Origin: Craspedostauros australis
Taxonomy: Eukaryota
DNA: 64,000 nt
Direction of reading: 5' to 3'
Assembly (NCBI GenBank): GCA_030167865.1
Contig: JALAGF010005825.1
Span: forward strand, 1 to 64,000
Each line of letters opens with the position of its first letter. The stretch's first letter is position 1. The translations under genes were made by a program, and so were the position numbers. Positions 54,032 through 64,000 of this stretch are shown here, one piece after another. The notes below the pieces were generated by a model. It was not told where the DNA came from and ran no database searches. It was given only the letters and a program-made list of their open reading frames with translations.

Positions 54032-54985
54032 CTATGGGACAGTCATGGTTCCCAAAGAAATCAACAACGAAATGTGCAACGCCACATCGTACCACTGATG
54101 CCCTCCCTTGCTGAGGAGGAACTCGTCGCACCTCACAAATTCGAAGAGCGAGACGACGATCGGGAAGATGAAGGCGTATCCCAAGGGAACGGTCACCTTC
54201 TTGCTGTTGGGGATGAGCCATCCCGTGAAGGAGACGACGAACTGGGACAGCATGAAGAAGATGGCGACGCCCTGGTCCTGGACGGAGATGACGTAGGTGA
54301 TGGCCGTCAAGATCACGGCCAACGCAAGCGCAATGATGTTGCCGTACTTGGGGATGAGCGGAAGCCAACTGAAGCCGAAGACATCGATCAACATGAGAAC
54401 GAAGATGAAGATGAGGTAGAAGAGGTCGCTGTTGCCGCCGTCGTCACCGGTATCCAGGTTGCAGTCGTTGACAGAGAAGGTCAAATGGAGCGCACCATGG
54501 CCGATGATGATAACAGCGAAGATGACTGCTTGGACGCAGAGGCTCGAGCTGAACGGAGAGGCGCAGAGGCCGGTGAATGGAAGTCCGAGCGCCATGAACA
54601 TGAACATGAGGTCGAAGTCGAAGGCGAACTGATGAGAGTTGCCCAACTTTTGGCTGCAGAACTTGTTGGAGGGATCGGTGACGTTGAGGCCGGTGACGCA
54701 GAATCCTTGCATGTAGTACTCATTCTCCTCCGAGACGCCGGCATCGTAGAGATAGAGGTAAAAGTAGATGGCTGAGAGGATGGAGCAGATGATCCATGGC
54801 AGGGTTTCCAAGCTGAATCTCGATCTCAGCCAGATCTTGAACAAGTCACAGATGAGCTTCCGTTCTGCTGCTTCTATGAGCTCTTGACTGTGGAATTTCT
54901 CTCCTACCGCCAGCTTAGCGATATCGACCGCAATGTCGGGGTTCGATTCGACCGTATTGATGAGGCTGTCTGATTCAGATGCCAT
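54032..54985 (-). CDS. Uncharacterised ~7-TM His/Asp-motif protein, paralogue 3 (tandem duplicate of paralogue 2)
   Basis: 317 aa; long stretches identical to 52238-53137 (LGNSHQFAFDFDLMFMFMALGLPFTGLCASP; FLLSKGGHQWYDV). Confidence 0.9.
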   Translation of the reverse strand: MASESDSLINTVESNPDIAVDIAKLAVGEKFHSQELIEAAERKLICDLFKIWLRSRFSLETLPWIICSILSAIYFYLYLYDAGVSEENEYYMQGFCVTGLNVTDPSNKFCSQKLGNSHQFAFDFDLMFMFMALGLPFTGLCASPFSSSLCVQAVIFAVIIIGHGALHLTFSVNDCNLDTGDDGGNSDLFYLIFIFVLMLIDVFGFSWLPLIPKYGNIIALALAVILTAITYVISVQDQGVAIFFMLSQFVVSFTGWLIPNSKKVTVPLGYAFIFPIVVSLFEFVRCDEFLLSKGGHQWYDVALHISLLISLGTMTVP

Positions 54986-56197
54986 GATGAAGTCTTGATT
55001 TTCGTGTTTGGTTTGACTTGTATGGAATGGTGCGCCCTTGATGTGCTTGCGTGCGGTTGTGATTTTGCTCGCTTTTGTTTTTTATGAGTGTGCAGATGGA
55101 GTGAAAATGAAGTGAAGGCCGATGAAAATGAAAGATGCAAGTAGATACCTGGGATGATGGCCATTCCGTGTCACACTCGCACACAACAACAGCGGACATC
55201 ACCGCACGGAGTCGGAAGTGCCGAACTTGAGCTGCCGACCAGGCCAGTACGTATGGTGCCCTTCCTTCACAGAACTTGTCGTGGAACGTACATACATTTA
55301 GTAGCACTTCCATAATTCTGTGTTGGTCTCCCTCGTTGGGTTCGTCGTTTTCGTCGTCGTCACCATCATCATCATCACTTCTGTCGTTGTCGTTGTCGTT
55401 GTCGTTGCCGATGCTTGATGCCTCATTTCTGCATGCGGTCTGAGATCGGCGATACTGGTCAGGGTCGAAACAAAGATACGCGGCCACATCCAAGGATCGA
55501 AGCAGAAGAAGATGCTTCCGATCCAGATAAATGCGAAGGATACGACCTCAACTCAATAAATCTCAATGCGTTTGGTGAAGCAGCTGGATGCACTTTGGCA
55601 GACAGGTGTCAATAAATGCGAAGCGTCCATTCACTTCATTTTTCTCCAACATGCGAAGTATCCATCATTCACGATTGCGTTGGTCGAAGTTTGGAATGAC
55701 TGCATTGATTCGTGTGATCAACTCCGAAGCGGTCGAATGGGTCGGAAAACTGACGAGTCAGAGTTCTTCGCCACGTTTTACAATCCGTGTTACAACCAAT
55801 CAAAGTAGTGCACGCACACAACACGAGGCAGTGACGTCAAACACCAGAAACAAACCAAAACGACGACCAAATTCCGACAAGTTCGTGTTCGTCAGTTTGC
55901 AGAAAAAATGAACTTTCTTCCAACCAACACAAAGACCACAGAACACAACACCACCTCAACACTCGCAACAACCCACAAAACGACCTCCGCCTCCAACTCT
56001 CATCCCACATTCCAATTCACAACTTCGTCTACATCTACACCTCCACCTGCAACAACAACGCCACCACCACCACCATCACCATCATCATCATTACCACAAA
56101 GAACAAAGACCAACGAATCGAAGTCCTCACCAACAGCGCCACACACAACACAGAAAGAGACCATCAGTCAATAACAGCGACAACAACAACAACGACA

Positions 56198-56794
56198 ATG
56201 ACGAAATCAACGACCTTCGCGTTCCTCTGCGCCTTGCTGATTGCCAGCGCCGCTGCTTTCTCCACTCCAACCACACAGACCACAGGACGCAGCGCAACCA
56301 TGCTGTCAGCACTGAGCAACAACAACAACGACAGTGCTGACGACCAAACCCTGCTGAGCCGCAGAAAGGCCCTGTTCGGCATGGCCGCCGCCGCGTTCGC
56401 CGCACCGCAGGCAGCCAACGCCAAGTACTCCGACTACAGCCGCAGAGAGAAGGATTGGCAGGAACGCAAGGAAAATGGCGAAGTGCAGTACTCGTCGGCG
56501 CGCGACCTGAAGGCCCAGCTGGCGCAGATCGCACCCATGAACACGGAGAGCTCCCGCATCTTCTGTCCCAACGGACCGTCGGCCGCCGTGTCGCCGCTGA
56601 TGGAGAACAAGTGCGGCGATCGTTTGGCCACACCCTCCGTCTTTGGCCGTCAAGATGATATCGTGGGCAACTCCATTCCAGGATTCTCGTCCGGTAAGGG
56701 GTACCTGCCGGATGAAGGTACCACCACGATCGCCTCCATGTCGGGCGGATTCCCGAGCTACAAGACCAACGAGTACAGCATCAAGATGAGATAA
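56198..56794 (+). CDS. Plastid-targeted, probably thylakoid-lumen (Tat) protein of unknown function
   Basis: Signal peptide ending ASAAA|FST (ASAFAP-like), Ser/Thr-rich transit peptide, twin-Arg motif LSRRKALFG, hydrophobic stretch and ANA| peptidase site. Confidence 0.85.
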   Translation: MTKSTTFAFLCALLIASAAAFSTPTTQTTGRSATMLSALSNNNNDSADDQTLLSRRKALFGMAAAAFAAPQAANAKYSDYSRREKDWQERKENGEVQYSSARDLKAQLAQIAPMNTESSRIFCPNGPSAAVSPLMENKCGDRLATPSVFGRQDDIVGNSIPGFSSGKGYLPDEGTTTIASMSGGFPSYKTNEYSIKMR

Positions 56795-58418
56795 TTGCAT
56801 TGCTCGTACTCTAGTCCGCAGTTCGCCTGTTCCTCTTTCTGTGGCCTCTCTCCAGCCATCATGGAATTTGAGGCAGCAGCAACAACGGCTGCCAAAAGGA
56901 GCTCCTGCCAACACAAAACTCAGCTCTACGGGAACGCCTGGGTGCCAAATGCTCTGCCACATCGGATGCACGAGATTCCTTCGTCGTCAACTTCAGACAA
57001 CATGGGGACAGTAACCAAAGAGTCGTAAGCCATGACTGCAACTTCATTTTGGGAGCATTAAGCAAACAGGACGGAAGAGGACAGAGGATGAGTAGAACAG
57101 AGCAGCGTGGAGTAGGCCAACCGAATTGACGCGATAGCCATCTTTTTGTTTCAGAACATCGTACCTTGAGTACTTGTCCTCCTGCCCACACATCTCTGCC
57201 GGTCTGAGAACGATGTTGGTATGGTATCTTGGCTTCATCGACGACGACTGGAAACACGAATGGTCGTCGTCATTCCTTCGATGCGGTTCTTCTTTGCAAA
57301 TGGTGTTGAACGGGTGTTGACTGTTTGTTGCGAAAGTGTATGTATGCCTGATGTTCGGTATTCCTTCCCAAAGCAAACATACAAGTAGCAAACATACAAA
57401 CTCTGCTCCGCTTCGTCATCAAGTGGGACAACATACACTATTCTAGTGACGTCTTCAACGTAAATTTAACGCCCATTTCTAACCAAAGGATGACTTGTCC
57501 CTGTCCATCGCGCAAGTGAAGCCGTTGGACGCGAACGAATGACTCCAATTTGTCAAGTCGCTTCCCCTTTCCGCCACCCACACGGTCCAAACGCTCACAA
57601 ATCAGGTTCCGAATGAAAAAAGCCAAACACGCAAACAACGAAGTGCACAAACGCGTTCGGACACAAACACAGAGTTCGTTGCATCCCATCCACGGCATCA
57701 AGCCACTTCGATGCGACTCCACGACTCCGAACAGCATCATCGAAGACAAGAGGGGCCATGGCACAAGAGACACCTTCCGAATTGGTCTGTTGAGATGGAT
57801 CGCAGTTAATCTGCGTCCGACGATGCTGACGCTGACGACCACTCTACGATTCTGCGCATGGTCGCAGCGACTTTCAGAGAACAGAGAGATCGAGTCGTGT
57901 GGCTGCACGTCAGTATCGTCGAGGCAGTTGTCCATGGATGCCGATGCGGATCGCCAGCATGACCGTTCCTTCTCTCCTCGCGCATGGACCTTCCGATTCA
58001 CGACACGGCTCGGAAGATGAAGAAGTCCTGTTGGGAGAGACGTGTTGGAGTGGGCGCACTCCGCAGAAAATGGAATGGAGGTCATCCAGGAAAAAAGGAA
58101 TGAGATGGACACATCAGCCCAAAGCCACGAGCTCTGTTGGTGCACGCACTCGTACTCATGTTCGCAGGGATACAGACTGCGCACAATCTCGCACCATCCA
58201 TCGACTCCGCTACACTCAAGCCGCCTAATTATCGGCTCGTTTTCGCACATTGAGTATGCTCTCCGGCTGAGACTGCTACAGACAGGAGGAGAGATTGGGA
58301 ACTCTCACAAGGAACGACGAGCCAATAACGCAAGGAGTGGTCCTTGCGCAACCGTGGTTCAGCTCAGCTCAGCGCAAAGCATCCATTCATCAGAACAGAG
58401 CACAGCACGGTATCCACC

Positions 58419-61400
58419 ATGGCGAGACTCCGACTGGTCTCTCTTTGCGTCGCGCTTGCCGCATGCACCGTTGTTCGCGCAGCCACAAGCAATCAGGAAA
58501 GCAGGAACCGGAGCAGCAGAACAAATGACGGTCGATCGTCGCATCATGCCAATCGTCCGCACGTTGCGCCAAATGATGGTCGCGCCAACGAAAGCAGCAA
58601 CAAATACTATCATGACGACAACAACAACAACAACCTGCAGGAGACATCCCGCAGCCAATTCGGAATCATAGACTTTCGCGATCTGCTTCTGCCGCCAGAT
58701 CAAGCCAGATCATTGGGCGGTTCGGGCGATGCGCCCTACGGCGATGCCTTCTCATCGATGCTCTTTCCTGCGATTCTGGACGAGTTCCTGTCGGTGGAGC
58801 CATTCAACTCGCGCATCATCGTGCCGCTGACGGCCGACCAATCGGGACAGGCGGGCACAGTCGTGCTTCCGGATGTGGCCGACTTCGAATTGCCAAAGAC
58901 GAATGACGACTTGGAATGGCTGACGGACGACGTCCGGCTGAAGGTTTCCAACCTGGAGATCAGCAACCTGGACACGGTGACGCAGCTCACGCCGCTGCAG
59001 GCCAAAGGACCCGACCGTCTCTTCAACAGGATCGTGATGGGATCATCGGCGTCGCCGCCGACCGTGACGTTCGACATCTCCGTCTTCGTTGGATCATCGG
59101 AATCCTCATCACCGATCTTCATGAACAACACCCTGCAGGTCATCATCACAGTCCCCACGATCGCCATCGAGTTCGACCTCATCACGAGCATCCGAGAATG
59201 GGATGTCATGAACATCCCGCTGCGCGATGCTTCCAACGTCTACTGCTGGATATCCTCCATCGAGAGGTCGCAACTGACCGGCCTCGATCTGCAGAACCTG
59301 GTCGTCACCATGCCAGCCGGTTGGTCCATCGACCTCAAATGTCCATCCTGCACGTCCACAATCTCGGGAACTGCCTTGGAGCAAATGTTCGGCATCACGC
59401 TGAAGGCGCTGGGCTTTCCCACCACCTTCGCACCACGTATCGAGACTCTCATCGAGGAGAGCATCTTGGGGTACTGGAAATCTGTCAACTCGGATGAATT
59501 CTTTGAACGTGCACCCAAGCTCTGTCCGCATCGCGAGGAGTACGAAGGCGATGCAGTGCTTCCCACATCGTCGTCTTCCGCATTTGATGTCCTCACCGAG
59601 TCGTTGGCGCAAGTTCCGTTCCCGGATGCATCGAGGTACACAGTGGAGACCTTGCTCGGAGGCATCCTCATTTGGTTCCAAGTTGCCATGATCGCCGTGC
59701 TGCGTGGACAGGCAGAGCAGATGGTGATGGGAAACATCGATGAAAGCAATCGCAATCTCCTTGCGCTGGCTGAAGACTCGCAAACGCTGTCCGCCGTCAA
59801 TGATTACGTGGATTGGACCGATCTGGAAGACTCCGTCGGTCGGTGGTCGTCGTTGGGGTTGCGTGAGCTCCAGAAGTACTTGAAGTCCCCTTCCACCGTC
59901 ATGGAGCTTCTTCAAGAAATCGAGGTGCTGGATGAGGATGGAGTGCTGGACGTCACGGTGCAGCAGGATACCATCGACACCGGCATCGGCTTCAACATGA
60001 CGTTGGCCAACCTGCGTGTGCACGGCCTGGAATCCATCGAGTTTCGCAGCATCTTGGATCCTGTCGGACCCACCACCCTGTCAACGATCGCTCACTTGGA
60101 CAAGCTTGGGTTGGACTTGGTATTTGGCGTGGAAATGAATTCGGACGGCGCCATGAACGGAACTGCATCGCAGGAAACCAAGCTGGAGTACATATTCCGC
60201 GACGTGGAGATTGGCTTCAACACGTCCATCGTGCTTGAGCGTGACAGGCTTTGGGACATGCAGATCTCCTCCATCGCGTTGCTGGATTCCATCCTGCCTT
60301 GCACGCTGCAAGGGTTGTCCAAGCTCGAAATCTCACGACTATCGATGCAGAGCAACGATGTGGTCGGTCCGCAGCTGGTGAGCGCATTCCTCGATAACGA
60401 CTTCCAACAACAGCTGGTAGGCATGTCATCGGCATTGATGGACATGTACAAGGCGGATGCATTGATCGCACAGCAGGCCGTCGTCGATGACATCGTCAAG
60501 GATGTGCTGAATGCCTTCATCGCACAGCAAATCAAACTGCAACAACGCGAAACCGACTGCGAAGTGCTGGATCTCAACGCTGCAACGCAGACGCCGATGG
60601 TTGACTTTCGGGATCTTCTGCTCGATGCCGAGGTCGCCATCGCGAGCGGCGGCACGGGATCGTCGCAGTACGGTGACTTGTTTCGTCGGTTGTACAGCAC
60701 CGTGTACGATACGTTGGATGGAGACGATGTTAACACAGTCGTGGCCAAGGCCACGGAGAAAGAATCAGGAACGCCCGGAGTCCTGGAATGGCCTGTCACG
60801 GTGATGGACCGGGCAGTGAGCATCACGCTGGCTGGTCTCGAGGCCATCATGGCGGTGAAGATCTCCGATGTGACGGTGATGAATTTGGACAGCGTGGGCA
60901 GTCCGTTCGTGATCTCGCGGCCGATCGATGGTGAAGGCCAGGGCTTGAACACCTCGTTCACGTTCGGAACGGACGGGCGTCCCCTGATGGTGGTTAGCGA
61001 AGTCGAGCTATCCATCAGTGATGGAGGTGAGTGTTGACAGTGTTGTTCGTGTTGCGGCTAGCATTGTGTTTGAAGTGTGGTCGATGGTTGTTGGCACCCT
61101 CATTTCTTGTGATGTGCAGTCGATGCTATCCACCAACTCAAATCCTGTCCACTCTTGCATTCGTCCTTCGCGTAATGTCACGGCTGTCAACGGCTGTCAC
61201 CACTACCTTCCCTTCACCAATGTACGTACTCCACTTGAATCCAACGAATGCGGTAGACTCCATCAATATCCAGAACACCTTGAACATGTCCGTTGCGGTG
61301 GACACATTCAACATCCTGTCCACCATACTTCTCTCCATCGACAGCCAGAGCCTGTTCAACTTCTACCTGCGAGACAGCGACAACGTGTTTTGCTGGCTGG

Positions 61401-63940
61401 CAACGTTGCCGTCCAAACAGGCATCGGCGGACAACAGCACAGGCTACGCGCTGGAGATCCTCGAGTACGCCTTGAACGTGAACGATTTGGGGATCTCCAT
61501 CGAATGCACAGCCTGCACCAGCCCCACCTTCGACGATCTCCTCATGTCACTGTACGCTCCGCAGGCCGACGATGAACCAGGAGCCGTCATTCGGAACGTC
61601 GCTGGCAAGGTGGCCGGCAGCGATCTTCTGTCCGAGTTCGTGGATGCCGTCGTGAGGGATTCTGGCACAGTGTGCCCTCACAGACCAGAATACGACGAGG
61701 CCATGAACGGGGACGTCACCGTCGCCCAGTTCCTCGAAACATCGGCGACCTCCCTCGCCACAGTCCAAGAGGTGCTCGAGAGATCTCCCGATGCACGGTA
61801 CTTCACGTTGGCCAATGCCGGCGTGGCCGTCGTCCTCTTCGTCATGGCGCTCGCTTTGAGATGCTGGACCGCATGGAAGGGCCGGGCTCTGGTCGATTCC
61901 TTGTCCATGCAAGAGACGGAATGGCTGAACACGCAGCAGGCCCTTGAGCAACAACGGTTCAACTACCTCGATCGCTCCTCCGCCTCGCTGGTCCGTAGCA
62001 AGCACCTTCCACGGTCTGTGCGGTACGGTGTACCGCTGTACTTGCTGCTCAACTTTGGCCTGTTCCTCGGCGGTCACTTCGGCGTCCTTTCCGTTTTGGA
62101 GTTGGACACGACTTTGGCCGGGCAGTCGGTGTACATCAAGGATTTCCTGGTGTTCACATTCATCTCCGCCACCCGACGCACGTACCAGAACGGAGGCAGC
62201 GAAATGGCGGTGCTCATGTGGGTGTTCACCGGCATCTGGCCCTACATCAAGCTCATCCTCTGCTTCGTCGCGTGGCTGCTGCCACCCAGCCGCCTTCCCG
62301 TCCAGAGACGCGAGAGGATCCTCCTTTGGATAGACTCCTTGGTCCGGCTGTCAGTCATCGACCTCTTCACGGGCCTGATTGGAATTGCGACCATCCTCAT
62401 CTACGTTGGTGGTAAGGAACGGTCGGTCTCAACTGATGAAGCAGGCGATAGACAGTACGCCATGCGCTTGGTGGTGGTCCCGCACGCCGGCGTCTACTGC
62501 TTGGTCATCGCTCAGCGAATGTCTCGCGTCAGCTCGCAGTTCTTGCTGGACTGCCATGAGCGAGTCCTGGCCATGTCTGACAAGGCATGCACCGACGTGG
62601 TGTGCACCGAGAAGGACGACGATCTTGACGCCATCATGAGTAAAGCAAACCAAGTGATCATCGTGGATGATTCGCCATTGGCTACTTCAAGGGACAGCGG
62701 CAGCGATGGTGGAAATCACAACGAAGAACGTCGTCGCGCGCGTAAGAATAAGGGAGCAAATAGCAAGAGAAGGAGGAGAGATGATGACGACCAAGGACGA
62801 GGTAGCTTGGTGCTGTCGGGAGACCGCCGCGAGTTCCCCAGCGAGAGCACGGCGGATCGTTTCGACGATGTCGGTTCCGCAGATTCCTTCCACTCCAACA
62901 GTTCGTCGTCATCATCGTCGTCGGGCTCGACCATGTCCGACGATGATCTCCTGTCAAGCCTGTCATTGCGGAAGCGATGGGGCATCTTGGGCATCTCATT
63001 CGGAACCATCACCGTTATCAGCATCTTCGTGATTGGCGCCGCGCTGGCCCCCAGCGTGTCAATCGACGTGTCGGATGTGTGGACCGCAACGTTGGAGTCC
63101 GGCAAGACATTCGAAGAAGTGGTCGATGAATACGGAGTGTTCTACCTCGCGAGCACGGTCCTGTTGAAGGCGCGGTTTGCAACGAATGAAACGCGTGACT
63201 ACATCGGTCTGGGTCTCCTGATCGGCGTCGCGCTTCTGTCGGTCTCCATCACCTTTGCCATCAAGCTGTGGTACTTCCTCAAAGAACGACTGGGATGGGA
63301 TCGTCGCGATCGTGGCTACGATTCTGACTCTGATGACAGCGACTCGACGACCAGCAGCAGCTGGAGCTACGACCGCAGCTGCCTGTCGGCGGCGAGATCC
63401 TGGTGCAGAAACGTTTGTGACTGGAGACGCCACGACGATTCCGACAGCATCGACGGCGATGGCGCACGCAGCATCGGTGACCAGACCACACCGACGTACC
63501 TGCATTTCAACAAGTACAAGCACGTCGAGGTGTTTGCGATCGCGGTGACCATCGGTGTATGGCAGCTTGGGTCCGTGTCGAGCTACGCCGTTCACACGTA
63601 CTGCGTTCTGTTGGAACGATTGTACACCATCCTTTCATCGGTTGGTCTTGTGGCGGACACGTCCGCAAACTGCTTCCGAGTGCAGGCGTCGGATCCTGGA
63701 TTTCTGTCCGTGATCATGGCGGCCTTCCTTGGTTTGATGGCCGCGTTTGCGTTCGGAGTGCGCGGGCAGGTGCAGAAGAACATCCACGACGCCAAGACGT
63801 CCCTGCAATCCAACTACGAGGATCCCAACAACGTCACGGCCATGTTCACGTTGGATAGCGAACGATTCAGCCGTGGGTTTGATGGCGAACAGCCGTCGTC
63901 GCCACCACGATTCGAACGCAAGCGTCGGGGAGAGTACTGA
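58419..63940 (+). CDS. Large membrane protein with repeated beta-rich extracytosolic modules and PqiA-like multi-TM region; 2 exons (58419-61026, 61257-63940), ~1763 aa
   Basis: Signal peptide MARLRLVSLCVALAACTVVRA; intron GTGAGT...GGTAG joins the two long ORFs in frame; LMWVFTGIWPYIKL...LLWIDSLVRLSVIDLF resembles the PqiA signature; internal repeats DFRDLLL....GG.G...YGD.F and CPHR.EY. Confidence 0.8.
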
Positions 63941-64000
63941 CGTGCACGAAATCCTCTGCCATGAACGCGGGTGTAGTATGATTTCTGTAGATAGAGCAAC

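Noticed and set aside
1..64000. Prokaryotic operon, defence system, tRNA/rRNA genes
   Set aside because: Spliceosomal introns and eukaryotic targeting signals show a nuclear eukaryotic locus. No tRNA or rRNA signatures were recognised, although a covariance-model search was not possible.

Overview
Eukaryotic genomic DNA, most consistent with a pennate diatom. The evidence is GT-AG introns, a signal peptide + ASAFAP-type + twin-arginine plastid presequence, and diatom-style Pro/Thr/Ser-rich secreted proteins; the species cannot be fixed from sequence alone. About 20 protein-coding genes are supported. The first 9.2 kb hold a giant (>3000 aa, runs off the left edge, N-gapped) secreted modular protein on the minus strand. 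It has a signal peptide, three 6-Cys knottin/CBM1-like modules, two choice-of-anchor-A-like domains and at least 7 copies of a ~135-aa Cys-containing acidic domain separated by PTSG/PTSA mucin-like arrays, resembling diatom adhesive-trail ('trailin'-type) proteins. Other notable genes: three paralogues of an uncharacterised ~7-TM family with conserved His/Asp motifs (NSHxxxxxxD, HGxLH, GGHQWYD); a putatively GPI-anchored, catalytically degenerate CE4 deacetylase fused to TSP1; a ~1760-aa protein with repeated beta-rich luminal modules fused to a PqiA-like membrane domain; a PAM2-ankyrin-BTB protein; a J-domain-less Sec63-like protein; and a duplicated-domain CaaX protein. More ordinary genes: a 5-exon Ulp1-family SUMO protease, a papain-like protease, a 2H cyclic phosphodiesterase, a PAP/fibrillin-like protein and a thylakoid lumen protein. 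No rRNA, tRNA, CRISPR array or intact mobile element could be supported. All domain calls come from motif recognition by eye and need HMM or structure confirmation.
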